Shown piece by piece: positions 1-12,869 of a stretch of DNA of 64,000 bases. How positions within the stretch are numbered: the stretch's first letter is position 1; the number at the start of each line of letters is the position of its first letter. Source of the DNA: Phyllobates terribilis (lineage: Eukaryota). The translations under genes were made by a program, and so were the position numbers. The DNA lies in contig NW_027362763.1 in assembly GCF_046119375.1 (NCBI RefSeq), positions 101,928,001-101,992,000 of the forward strand. Direction: 5' to 3'. Below the pieces are notes generated by a model. That model saw only the letters and a list, made by a program, of their open reading frames with translations. It was not told the DNA's origin and searched no databases.

Positions 1-2690
1 GAGCAGCAGAGTTTAGGATAGATTGGAGAGGCACAAGAGTGTTGGAAGGGAGGCCACAGAGCAGGAGGTTGCAGTAGTCGAGGCGGGATATGATGAGGGC
101 ATGCACTAGTGTTTTTGCAGAGTCTTTGCTGAGGAATGCATGGATCCGGGAGATGTTTTTGAGTTCGAGTCGGCAGGAGGTGGAAAGGGCTTGGATATGT
201 GGCTTGAAGGAGAGATCAGAGTCCAGGGTTACTCCAAGGCAGCGAGCTTGTGGGACTGGGGAGAGTGAACAGCCATTGACGTTGATGAATAGGTCAGATG
301 GGGGATGTGAATGAGAGGGTGGAAAGATGATGAACTCTGTTTTATCCATGTTGAGTTTTAGAAATCTGTCTGAGAAGAAGGATGAGATGGCGGACAGACA
401 TTGTGGGATTCTGGTTAGTAGGGAGGAGATATCGGGTCCAGAGAGGTAGATCTGTGTGTCATCAGCATAGAGGTGACACTGAAAACCGTGAGACTGAGCT
501 GTCCCAGGCCAAAGGTGTAGATGGAGAAGAGCAGAGGTCCTAGAACTGAACCTTGGGGGACACCGACAGACAGGGGGCGAGATGAGGAGGTGGTGCGTGA
601 GTGGGAGACACTGAATGTCCTGTCTGTTAAGTATGAGGAGATCCAAGATAGAGCCAAGTCCGTGATGCCAAGAGATGAGAGAATCTGGAGTAAGAGGGAA
701 TGGTCCACTGTGTCAAAGGCAGATGACAGGTCCAGAAGGAGGAGGATGGAGTAGTGTTGCTTGGATTTGGCATTTAGTAGGTCGTTGGTGACTTTGGTCA
801 GGGCAGTTTTAGTCGAGTGATGCGGTCGGAAGCCAGATTGCAGGCGGTCGAAGAGGGAGCAGGAGGACAGTTCAAGGTGGACATGTTCTAGAAGTTTTGA
901 GGCAAAGGGGAGGAGTGATATGGGGCGGTAGCTAGTCAGAGAGGAAGGGTCAAGGGAGGGCTTTTTGAGGATGGGTGTGATTGCGGCATGTTTGAAACAT
1001 GAGGGGAAGACTCCGGTTGTTAGTGACAGATTGAAGAGGTGGGTTAGGGTTGGGATGAAGACTGGTAAGGTTAGTGATGAGGTGGGATGGGATTGGGTCA
1101 AGTTCGCAGGTGGTGAGGTGTGATTTGGAGAGTAAAGAGGAGATTTGACCTTCTGTAATGGTGGAGAAGTGGGGTTTGGAGGAGGAGGGTTGAGTAGATA
1201 TGAGGAGGGGTTGTGTGGACTTTAGGCAAAAGTTTTGTCTGATGGTGTCAATCTTCTGTTTGAAGAATGAGGCAAAGTCGTCGGCTGAGATGAGAGAAGA
1301 GGGAGGAGGTGCTGGGGGACGAAGGAGAGAGTTGAAAGTGTTAAATAGCTGTTTAGGGTTGTGAGATAGGGAGGATATGAGAGATGAGAAGTAGGTTTGT
1401 TTTGCTGTAGTGAGTGCGGACTTGAAATTAGTGAGGGATTGCTTGAATGCGATGAAGTGCTCGATGGAGTGAGACCTTTTACATCTCCGCTCCGCAACCT
1501 TGGAGGCCCGGCGCAGTTCTTTTGTAAGTTTAGTGTGCCAGGGTTGCCTGTTGAATGTGCGAGGGGCGATTGAGTCTAGAGCTGAAGCTATTGTGGTGTT
1601 ATATGACGCAGCAACAACATCTGCATCGTGTAAGGAATTTGTCTGTGAGAGGAAGGAGGGATTCAGAGAGAGTGTAGGTCAAGGTGTTTGAGATTTCTGC
1701 GAGGGTGTGTGAGTTTGTGGAGTGGGGATTGTGCACCCGGAGAGGAGAGGGTAGAGAATGTGAGGAGGTTATGGTCAGAGAGGGAGTGGTGAGTTAGAGA
1801 GGTTAGATAGGGAACAGAGGCGGGTGAAGATGAGGTCCAGTGTGTGGCCATCTTTGTGGGTGGGTGTGGAAGACCATTGAGTGAATCCAAAGAAGGAAGT
1901 GAGGGATAGGAGCTTAGAGACAGTCGAGTGGGAAGTGTCAATGGGGATGTTGAAGTCACCCATTATGATAGTGGGGATGTCAGTGGAAAGGAAGTGAAGC
2001 AGCCAGGTGGTGAAATGGTCTAAGAAGGTGGTGGCTTGCCCTGGGGGTCGGTAAACGACGGCCAGTTGGAGGGGGAATAAATGCGCACACAGTGCACCTC
2101 CAAAAGAGGGGAGTGTAATGGAGGGTGGCAGTGGGATTTTGGTGAAAGCGCAGAGTTCTGATAGGAGGAAACCTATGCCTCCACCATGTTTGACATTGGG
2201 GCGGGGGGTGTGGGAAAGGTAGAATCCGCCATATGAAAGGGCAGCTGGGGAGGCTGTGTCAGAGGGAGTGAGCCATGTTTCGGTGATGGCGAGGAAGGAG
2301 AGTTTGTTTGCGATGAAAAGATCGTGGATGAAGGAAAGTTTGTTGCAGACAGAGCGAGCGTTCCATAGAGCTCCTGTTAGTATAGCTGAGGAGGTGGGTA
2401 TTAGTTGGATGGGTATGAGGTTAGAAGGGTTGCGACAGTTTGAGGAAGTTCGTGGATAGGAGGTAGAAGTGACTGTGGGGATATGGCGTGGAGGACCAGG
2501 ATTTGGAGAGATCTCCAGCAGTGAGGAGGAGCAGAGAAAGTGTTAGCAGGTGGGAGGAAGAGAGAGCATGAGGTGGCTGTCTGTGTTTGGAGATCCAGGA
2601 TTGAATGTTGAGGAATAATTCTGAGGAGGAGGTGAGGTGAATTGGGAGGATAGAGGGAGAGATGAAAAGTTCCTTACACATCTGCTAAAA
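1..2690 (-). mobile_element. L2/CR1-clade LINE, decayed ORF2 (APE endonuclease + RT), running off the window start
   Basis: Minus-strand ORF pieces: N-terminal LLLLTAGD (2421-2681), endonuclease MGDFNIPID...PTHKDGHTLDLIF (1775-1963), [49 protein letters not shown] (415-1101); several frameshifts. Confidence 0.85.
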
Positions 2691-3504
2691 GTATTATCTT
2701 GCTATGCTGGATCAGCTGGTCAGTATTTCTTTACCACTCTTAGTTTAAAATTAAGTTGGTTCAAACTGGGCATGCAGTTGATGGGTCACTTGCTCTAGAC
2801 TGCCATTTCATAGCCAGAGTTGCTGTGAGACCAGGACTACTTGTGCTCAGCTTATCAATTCTGACCAGCAGCAACTGACATCAGCGGCTTCAAAGAAAGT
2901 TAGTGTTGTACTGACAAGTATTACTTCTGTATCCGGGTTTAGATATTCAGTCTTGAATTGTACCCACTCTGTGGTTCTACATTCAATCATACGGATGCTG
3001 AGCCTGCTCTGGTCCTGTCTGCTCCTCAACTTGGATACAGAGGTAGAAAATAAATCTCAAGGCACCTTATCAATCAGCTACTTCTCCATTTGCCTTATGT
3101 GACGACAGAACATACTGTACTAATTAATAAATAATTAGTTTAAGGTTATAAAAATTAAAAGTTTGAAAATTGCAATTTTTTTTTAAAAATTTCCCCAAAA
3201 TTACAATATTTTTTTAGAAACGCAAATCCTATTGCCCTAAATTTACCACTAAGTACTATAAGTAATGAAAAAATATTCTCCGAATCACTGATCCATTGAA
3301 GCATTCCAGAGTTGTTGCCACATAGTGACACAGGTCAGATTTAAAAAATTTGGCCTGGTCATTAAGGTTAAAACTGTCACAAAGGGTTTATATACTCTTT
3401 ATTGCCGATATTTGTCTTAATAAATGTATATTGAAACTCCTATTTAGGAGGGTACTCTTGTAGGTTTTCCTTTTTAAATGAGATCTCTACATTTCCCTTT
3501 TTAA

Positions 3505-3800
3505 GCCAGGGTCACACAAGTGTGTAACGCAGCCGAGTGCTATCCAATATTCTATTAAATAGTACTCGGCCCAATGTTATACAGTGCAACAGTGCAGATC
3601 TGCAATGATTTTCTCGTATCGATTCAATATGCTACGAGTGCATTTGAGAATCCGCTCACACGCACCCGTACAAGTCTATGGGTACTTGTGCACATCAGAC
3701 TGCATTCAGATGTCATCCAAGTGAAGTCCAATACATGCTGAGACATGCAATGGAGGAGATGAAGAAATAACTATGTTCGTCTCCTCTGCTCTGATACTCT
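3505..3800. repeat. Short non-autonomous DNA-transposon-like repeat (paralog ~29741-30040)
   Basis: Starts ttaa-gccagggtcacac; homologous block at 29741-30040; right end not resolved. Confidence 0.4.
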
Positions 3801-4899
3801 AGCATGAGAATCACAGCACAGGTGTACAATAACGGAGTTTCATGCAATACTCATACTTGTTAAACTTCCAATAGTTGCGGACCCCACTTCGGATCCAAGA
3901 GTCGGTGCGATACTTTTTGTATGGATCATTGATTGGATTGCAGGCTTCTGCATTTAGACCTAATACAGTACCTGGAAAGCAACACCTTATCATAAACTCA
4001 AGCTGTTGCATAACCTATATAAAACAAACCCATAGGCAAAAATAGTAAAATGTATAATTTATAAAGTTTAGCAATCAATAGAATATACAACAGAAAACAC
4101 ATGTTATGATGGGAAAAAAAGTAAAAAAAACAATGCCCTACAACAGAAGGAATCTGTAAACTCAAGCTGTTAACTTCTGTCAGGGAGTGTAGGGGACATT
4201 TATGTCTCTTATCCATGTTATGTAAATAAAAGCTTATAACCTGACGTTAAATTCATCCATTGGTTTTATAAATTACTTTTGAAAGCTGAAACCCTCCCAA
4301 ATTTGGTTTAGTTTAAAAAAAAAAAATCGGCATCAATGCTAAAATATTGATCATTTAATGAACACAGAATGGTCAGGTTTTGTCGCCCACAAAGTAATGT
4401 GGTGATCAAACAAATAATTATCTTAATACAAATATGTTGCATAACATTGGTGAATGAAGTTGTGGCGCTATTAGTCATATTTAATATTTTGTGTGACTTC
4501 CTTGAGCTTGAAGGACTGCATCCATGCGGTTCACCAATGATTCATACAATTTATTAATAAAGTCATCAGGAATAGCAAAGAACGCAGTCTTGCATGCCTT
4601 CCAGAGTAAATCTACTTTCTTTGGTTTTGTCTTCCAAGCTTCCTCTTTCATCCTACCCTAAACATGCTCAATGATGTTCATGTCTGGTGACTGGGCTGGC
4701 CAGTCCTTGAGCACCTTTCTTTTTTGCCTGGAGGAACTTTGTTGAAGAGATGAATGTATGACATGGTGCACCATCCTGCTGCAGAATTTGACCCCTTTTA
4801 TGATTTGGAATGTAAGAGGTAGCTAGTACTTAATATTTTAGGCTATTGATATTGCCTTCCACCTTGCAAATGTTTCCACACCCCCATACTGAATGTAAC

Positions 4900-6124
4900 T
4901 GTAGCACCCTGAGGATTCGGCTGCTACAGGGGTATTGCACCTCAACCCAGAGGTGTGATATTCCACTCCCGGGTAAGGAAGGAGTGTGGAACTGAGCTCG
5001 GTAGGCTGCATGCACTACATACATCCCATTTCCGAGGAACAGGCCGACGGTACTCCCACTTAGAAATGTGCAGGTACGACCGAGTCTGTTCCTGGCTGGA
5101 GTGGGAGGGGGGTGGTACATCCCATGTAGTGTAGGGGCAGATAGGGGGTGCAGCCTGGGTAAAGTTAGGAGCTCATTGGGTGCTGGTCACCTGAGCTCAC
5201 ACATAGAGGGATATATAAGGTGGGCACCAACTAAGATCAGGGTCAGATGCAGAGGATCAGATGCAGGAAGTGAGTCAGCTGCAGAGAACAAGTCAGGAGA
5301 GGAGAGAAGAAAGACCAAGACCCAGAGTGAGAGGAGAAAGAGAAAGACCCAGAGCACAGAAGAGAAGGGACCCAAGAACCCAAATCAGAGCACCGGGTGA
5401 GGAGTCGGCAAAAGGGTACCGGAACCCAAACTGGTGGGGGTAAAAACAATCCCCAGCCAGAGACCGGAGACCGTGGGCAGCGTCTGTCACGGTCACCCAC
5501 CACATTCACCCCGAAGGCACACCACATGAAGGGTCAGGGAACCCAGGGCCAAGGGTGTCCCAACAGAAGGCCCGAGGGAGCTGGACCTAGGTGGATCACT
5601 GGTGGGGACGGCTGAAGAAAGGACAGAGGGAGAGCTCAGGGCCACGCTCCGGACTTGTTTGGGGGTTGGCTGGATCCAGGACCTGGTGGACGCAGCACGG
5701 CTCGGGTGGTCACTAGCAGCTGGAGTGACCAGTACAACATCTGCAGTAAGTAAACACCCTTAACTGCACAACCCGACTCTGTCTTCACTGCCGTCTGCAC
5801 TACACCACCACAACCCCCATCCTCTGCGCCTGTCCCCTCTGAGGCTATACCCCTCCCGTTGGGGGTTATCTCACCAAGCTGCGCACCCACCATCAGCCTC
5901 AGCGGACCCTGCTGCAGCGGCGGCCACAGTGACCGCATCACAACGGGTGGCGTAGTCGACACAAAAGAACTCTTAATAACATCTGTAGGACTGCCACATA
6001 ACACTGAGCTTGACGCCCTGGGCACGGGACCGGGTCACAGCCGCTCGGAGACTACAACCCCCCCCCATCTGATCCGGTGCCGGGTATTCCCCTCAAAAAG
6101 GAATATGTCCCAGGGGGCGCGTCA
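4900..6124 (+). mobile_element. Solo LTR (Ty3/Gypsy-like 4-bp TSD) inserted in the Tc1 transposase
   Basis: TG...CA ends; TSD TAAC at 4896-4899 and 6125-6128; Tc1 reading frame resumes across it; no gag/pol sequence. Confidence 0.85.
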
Positions 6125-6837
6125 TAACCCCAGACCATGATCTTTCCACCAGGAAATATAACTGTTTTCTGGGTGTATTTTGGATCCATATGGGCTCCAG
6201 TAGGTCTCCTGCAGTATTTGCGGCGGCTGTGGTGTAATTCTACTGAAGATTAATCAGAGAAATCCACCTTCTGCCACTTTTCCAGCATCCATCTGTTTAG
6301 CAGGCTGTGGGACTTTGCAAATGCCACACATTTTTTTTTTATTTGCCTTTTGTTTACTGCTGGCTTCTGGGCACTGATTCGAACATGGAGGCCATTTCGA
6401 GACCGAATCCTACAAACTGTTCTAGTTGACACAGGGACGTGAGGTGACCAGGCCTGTTGGAGCTCTGCTGCAGTGGAAGAGGGGCTTGCTTTGGTTTTTC
6501 TAACCAACAAACGTTCCTCCTGAACAGTTGTCTTGCGGGGTCTACCAGACCTGGGCTTGTCAAAGACATCTCCAGTATCTTCAAATCTTTTTAATTCTTT
6601 GTACTTGACGCTGAGACACATTAAAGGTGCCAGTCACCTCTGCAGTGGATCTGGTCTTCAGCCTCTTGATATTCAAGGCTTTGGTCGCAGGGTAGATTTT
6701 TGGCATGTTGTCAGAGCTCAAGTTGCAGTTCAAGTGAAGGTCTGGGGTGCTGGGTTTCTTTTTATACACACCCACTAATTAACCGATCATTTACTGAGCA
6801 CTGGTGAGGATGTAAACTAGGATTGGGTGCATTATAT

Positions 6838-7214
6838 TGAATTAAAGAAAAAAGTAAAGGTAGCACTCACCGATATGTCTGAAAATATCCTTTATTACTG
6901 CCAACAAAACATGATGTTTTGACACCTGGGACCCGTTGAAGTGCTAGAAGGCAGAGAAACAGCCATAGTCCTCAGTCCTACTCCCCCGCACACCCTTCGG
7001 GGTCCCTGTCCATTCCGCTGGCCAGCATGTTTTGTTGGCAGTAATAAAGGATATTTTCAGACATATCGGTGAGTGCTACCTTTTACTTTTTTTCTTCAAT
7101 GCAATGATTATTTACTTGGTGATGCACCACCGTTCTGGGAGCATTCGTTTTGAAAGTGAATTAATCTGTTAGAGCAGAGGTGGTGCAGTGAATTCTTCTC
7201 TCTGCTTGTGAATC
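6838..7214. mobile_element. Hairpin-forming retroelement remnant (Penelope-like inverted pseudo-LTR) inside the Tc1
   Basis: 13-bp direct repeat GGGTGCATTATAT at 6825-6837 and 7215-7227; ~75-bp inverted arms 6838-6913 / 7026-7100 containing AATAAA and GGTGAGT. Penelope assignment is inference. Confidence 0.5.
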
Positions 7215-7414
7215 GGGTGCATTATATGACCAGGCGACAAAGCTTTTGTCTTGCCAAAATCTGACCATTCGGTGTTCATTAAATGATCAATATTTCAGCA
7301 TTGATGCCAATTTATTTTCTTAACCTAAACCAAATTTGGGAGGGTTTCAGCTTTTAAAAGAGTAATTTATAAAACTATAATGGATGAATTTAACATCAAG
7401 TTATAAGCTTTTAT

Positions 7415-8043
7415 TTACATAACATGGATAAGCGACACAACTTCTGTCAGGGAGTGTACAACATCTATTACCAATTCATCTTCATCGGCTTCCAAATTGG
7501 AGCCATATTTCAAGATGTTTAATATCCAGGGAATATTTAGGTAATTGAAGACCGAGAGAACTGGATGTCGAGAAGAGGGACATGGAGTGAGGAGATGGCC
7601 AAGCATGTTCATGGTGTCTCTTGAAAACCTCTCCCAACGAGCAAGTGGAGGAGAACAGTCTGGACTTTGTCTCCAGTTTATGTAGACTTGGTACATTACA
7701 TCAGTTTTCATTGCTTCGAGCCAGGGGAAATATCCAGTCAAAGCAACAAAAAGAAAAACCCCAAAAGCCCAGGTATCAATAGTAGGGCTCAAGATTAGAT
7801 ATTCCTCTTCTTTCAAGTCACACAACTCTGGAGACATGTACATAATATGTGACATAGACGACATGTAGGTTCCCACAGTTGGGTCAAACCAAATTCAATC
7901 AGCTTGATTTGGTTTGTCTTTGTCCATGAGCAACACGTTGTCCGGCTTCAGGTCCCTGTGCACCAACCCTCTGCCATGCATATATCCAGAGCTGATGATA
8001 TCTGTTTGGCACACCTCTTGACTGCATCCTCAGCAATTCCAAC
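7415..8043 (-). pseudogene. SBK-like Ser/Thr kinase pseudogene copy A, last exon
   Basis: CAG|GTT GGA ATT (VGIAEDAVKRC, matching the SBK1 exon start VGLPED); HRDLKPDN out of frame; DFG changed to EFG; YMSPELC, DTWAFGVFLFVALTGYFPW; several frameshifts; native 3' end replaced by the Tc1 TIR. Confidence 0.85.
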
Positions 8044-8396
8044 CTGCGGAAAACAGATCACTATCAGGAGACTTAGATTTTCTTGTGTAGTGCCTAATCT
8101 AAAGCAAAATTACTAAACTTTGAACATTTTGCTGTTGTTGGGACAGAGTATGCTGCAGTAGGTTAAACTGCTACTGTAATGGTCATGTGAGATAAAATAG
8201 TGCCTTTGGGAATACATTGACCAAGTTAAGGGGTGGAAGAGTGTTTCCGAAGACCCCCACACAAATTATTTCGCTAATTGGCTATTTATGGGGGGTATAT
8301 AGATTCTCTCCCTGACTAGTCTATCACCAGCCTTTGATGTTTCACAATAAAGTATGGGTATATTGTAGAAGAACATATGGAGCTGGCGTTACTTAC

Positions 8397-8595
8397 CTCC
8401 ATTTGAATAAGATGATGCAAGGTGCCTGCCGTTGCCAACTCCTGAGTAAGTACATAGTGGTCCATCGTGCCAAAAAGATTGGATATGTGCTAACGTCAGG
8501 GTGGTCAGAAAGGGTGATTGACAACGACAACTTCATCAGAAAGGTTTGCAATGGAGTTCTGTCCTTCCTCACGAATTTAAGAGCCCCTGGGCCTC
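8397..8595 (-). pseudogene. SBK-like kinase pseudogene copy A, internal exon (subdomains II-V)
   Basis: TTTAG| acceptor, GALKFVRKDRTPLQTFLMKLS..., QELATAGTLHHLIQME, |GTAAGT donor; 1-nt deletion relative to copy B. Confidence 0.8.
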
Positions 8596-11486
8596 CTAAA
8601 GAGAATATAAAGTTTCTATCTGAGATCTTAAAATTTATGAAAATCTAACACATTCCGATCACCACTAGCAATAGACATGAGCGGTTTGCTGGTGGATATC
8701 AATCTTTAATCCTTAAGCTCACTTCTATGAGGCAGCCCAAATATGCTAGTTTGGGGACAGCTTGGATTTACACCAGTTTATTCCCAAATTTATCACTATA
8801 AATCTGATGCCAGATGTGCATTTCATTTTTAAATACAAAGAGGATAAGTGGCAACCAAACACATTTGATTCCTCTAAATTAACTGTTTGGTTTAAAGTAA
8901 GAGAAACGGTGTTCTAATGCGCACAGCCGCCTCACAAAGTTGGCCGAACCAGCGAATTATAGCAGGATTGACTGACTGCGGTGTTTGGCATCCTTCTGAC
9001 TCTCCAGGTGTCAGGGAACAAAGATCAGGAAGATAGAAACTTATTGCACAATTCTTTTGCCTTTTTGAAGCTTAATCACTATCCTAAGTAATACACAAAA
9101 GAACTGTCAGCCACATGATATCTCTTCTAACTAACCCGTACAAAGGAACGTTTGGCTGGGATGGGGACATAAAAATTCAGTGGTTTGAGTTCAATCTAAT
9201 GATGCATTTTTCCTCTATAAAGATAATTTTGACAGTGGCAGTCTAACATTAAACCCAGGACCTCTCAAGCATTTATATGGTCTGAGAACCACAGCTGGAA
9301 AAATCTGGTGGCCACTTATCTCCAGTGAGAGAAAAAAGTATTGGGAGACTGAACTCCAACTTTTTCATCCTTTTTGTCATCTGATGTCTTCTGTCAGGTA
9401 CACATTGGATGGCGTGGCCTATAGGTATATTTAGATGGCCATTTGTATGGTCTGAGTAAAATTGGTCACACAAATGGACATTTGCCTCCAGACCATTGAC
9501 AGATCCAGCTGAATTTGATGTGAACTGTTGACAAGCAGATGCTCATACGCAGAAGTAACAAGGTCTCCATATACTAACACCTATTTTTCCTAACCTCCCT
9601 ATTGTCATATAATACTTATTTAACTCAACATCATGTGCCAATATACATTAGATGGTGATCAAGACCTGACAAATTTGGTAGGTTTGGATGACCTTTGCTT
9701 CTATGTATATGGGCATTTGTACAGCTGATGTAGCTAAAATAATTTGGATCTGCTTGTGATCTACATATAAATATCTCCTCTTTATGGCGAGAAACTCATT
9801 ATGTAATTTATATACATAAATTATCACTTATTTCATTAATCTACATAACTGACCATATTTTGTTTTTGCCTTGTTGACATACCTGTTAATTTGTTCTGTG
9901 CCAGTAAAACTTCTCCATATGACCCCTGGCCCAGCTCCTTGATGACGTTGTAGTGTTTAGAAATTCCTGAATCTCCAAGATTTGGAAGGCGGCCATTGCT
10001 GCTGGGAAGTCACTTTTGGCTAAGCAACAAACTCAATAGGACTCTAAAGGAAAATATAAGGAATATGATTAATACAACATCATGCAGTGATTACATTTCT
10101 GAGTTCTGTGGGCACTCATCATAATTAAGCCCCATGATCATTTAGAAACCCATCATAAACAGATGCGCCAGTCTGGGAAAGGATGGTTGACAACCCTTGT
10201 AAGAAGTATCTTGGTGGGCATATTGGTGGTCATTGATCACAATTGCTTTATGAAAAGGTTAGAGTCCAAATTAGGATAAATCTAAATGGTTCTACAGTAG
10301 TACTGCAGTGTTTGTATCTAGAGATTATTTTTTATATTTTGGAGGAATAGGACAAGTATGAAAATAAGAATCTGTGCTGGGTGTAATATTACTGGAAATG
10401 AGTGATTGCTGTATGATCATTTTGCAAGACCTGTAAACCCATACTAAATAACAATGGCTATACCATTGAAAAATAGTCTTACCTGGGTTGCGTTTTTGGT
10501 GACGTTGATGATAAATTAGGTTCTGCTTCAAAAAGTTGAGTGATCTCACTTTCTTATGGTTTTGTCTGAGAGGTCCTATCTTCACAGAGAAGTTCTCAGG
10601 AATAAATGAACAAGACTCATGTACTTCTATCTTTTATTGGGAAGCAGCTACCTTGCATTGAGGTCAATCTTCCTCCTTTGCCAATTGAATGTCGAAAACC
10701 ATCATATGATTAGAGGAATGTGTCACCTAGAACATGGACATTCATGTAGACCCTATTGTCTTTTAATTAGTAAATTGTCTAAGGAGCTGGTTGTGCCACA
10801 ATGGTACCAGGGAGATGCCCACCTTAATAATGTTTGTGTTGCTAGTAAATTGAAAATGTAATCCATTCTGAATTTATTCTACTCCCTATATTCACATCTC
10901 ACCTTCCTGACCTCCTGCTGCTTTCACCAAAGGAGAAACTGGACCCTTTTTTGTCATGCACGGTTCTTGTATCCTGTGTTTATGGCCATAAACTGACTCA
11001 ACAGATCTTGTAGAGTAGTCTTGTCCCAACTGACATTACATGGAAATAACAACAGAATTGTCTATTTGTCTTACAGTAAAGCTGCTAATACAACTAAGGG
11101 TAAAGGCCCCATACACATTAGATGAAAATAGGGCAACGATCGATCGTTCAATGATTGCCCCAAACACATCACAGAATATATTGGCCAATATTTATTTTTC
11201 GTGTAGTCAGAACTCCTCATCAGCCGAAAAAATCCAACTCCCCCCAACCAGTATGTTAAACAATTATAAATGTTCATCTGTCGAAATCCACAATCGTTTT
11301 TCTACCACAAAGACAACAGTAGCTCATGGTTGAGGTCAGACATTTCATTCTAGATATATCTAATGTGTAGGGGCTTCCGATGTTCCACACCCAGCTCGGA
11401 GTTGGCAGATTTGTAAGGTCTTTTTTTTACGCAAATCTGAGAAAGATCTGCTGGAAAACTAGCAAATTACATCTGCACCAAATTGT

Positions 11487-12377
11487 AACATAGTCTTCCT
11501 TCAACCTTAAAAACTGTTGCGAAGTCCATCTAGTTCAACCCATAGCCTAACATGTTGATCCAGAGGAAGGCAAAAAAAACCCATGTGGCAAACACTAAGC
11601 TCCATATTGGGGAAAAAAATTCCTTCCCGACTCCATACGACAATTAGACTAGTTCCCTGGATCAACGCCCTATCAAGGAATTTAGTATTTATAACCTGTA
11701 ATATTATACTTTTCAAGAAAGGCATCCAGGCCCTTCTTAAATGTTAGAAGTGAATCACTCATTACAACATCATGCAGCAGAGAGGCCCATAGTCTCACTG
11801 CTCTTACAGTAAAGAATCCGCGTCTGATTATGATTAAACCTTCTTTCCTCCAGATGTAGAAGATGCCCCCTTGTCCCCGTCTCTGGCCTCAGAGTAAAAA
11901 GATCAGTAGAAAGGTCTTTGTACTGTCCCCTCATATACTTGTACATAGTAATAAGATCACCCCTAAGCCTTCGTTTTTCCACAGTAAATAACCCCAAGTG
12001 TAATAACCTGTCTTGGTATTGCAGACCCCCCAGTCCTCTAATAACCTTGGTCGCTCTTCTCTGCACCCTCTCTAGTTCAGCTATGTCTTTCTTATACACC
12101 GGAGACCAGAACTGTACACAGTATTCTAAGTGTGGTCGCACTAGTGACTTGTATAGAGGTAAAATTATGTTCTCCTCATGAGCATCTATGCCTCTTTTAA
12201 TGCATCCCATTATTTTATTTGCCTTCTCAGCAGCTGCCTGACACTGGCCACTAAACGTGAGCTTGTCATCCACCAATACACCCAGGTCTTCTTCAGTTAC
12301 AGTTTTGCCCAGTGTTTTACAATTAAGCATATAATTATACATTTTATTTCCTCTGACCAAGTGCATTACCTTACATT
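11487..12377 (-). mobile_element. CR1 LINE, 3' part (RT C-terminus + 3' UTR), split by hAT copy 1
   Basis: KCKVMHL...LVRPHLEYCVQFWSP...ERVQRRATK...EKRRLRGDLITMYKY; aacatagt tail near 11487. Confidence 0.9.
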
Positions 12378-12869
12378 TAGTGTTGAGCCACCCCCGTAGT
12401 GTTCGAGTTCGGTTCGGTTCGTCGAACACCCGTGTGTTCGCCGAACTGTTCGTCGAACACCTTCGAACACCGTTAAAACCAATGGCAGGCAAACAAAAAC
12501 ACATAGAAACACATAGAAAACACCTTCAAAGGTGTCCAAAAGCTGACAAACTGCTCAGAAGACATAACTAACACATGGAAAAGTGACAAGTACATATAGT
12601 CATGCGAAAATAAGAGGTGGAGGAGTAAAAGGAGGGGGAGACACAGATATAGGCATGTCATGCCCTTCTAAAATCCAAAAAGTGAGAAGCCGACACGGCC
12701 AGTCCGCTCCTGCCCGTGCCACCTCCGTGTCGCCGGGTTTGTGCCAGAGCCGCGGTGAACCCTGACGGCCAGCCCCCCTCTCCCAATACTGGTGCCTGTC
12801 CGCTGGTGGGTCGAGCGAGCCCCCCTGTGGTGGAGGCAGCTCTAAGCTTTTTAATTTAAATTGTCTCTC

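Larger units (their letters stand above)
4171..7456 (-). mobile_element. Tc1-family DNA transposon with ~220-bp TIRs, inactivated, carrying two nested insertions
   Basis: Inverted repeats ~4171-4390 / ~7230-7456; right end followed by TA (7457-7458). Transposase from ATG 6706 (MPKIYPATK..., PRSGRPRKTT, KVDFSD, KIMVWG, QQDGAPCH, WPAQSPDMNIIEH) with stops and frameshifts. Confidence 0.9.

Noticed and set aside
9480-9640. Missing Gly-rich-loop kinase exon (ELNKYYMTIGRLGKIG; paralog ORF 32764-33045)
   Set aside because: Only a faint resemblance to Y..I..LG.G..G; the frame differs between paralogs and no suitable donor site was found.
12690-12845. GC-rich stretch next to the 18S piece as possible 28S or spacer rDNA
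   Set aside because: I could not match it to any conserved rRNA motif; it needs an alignment.
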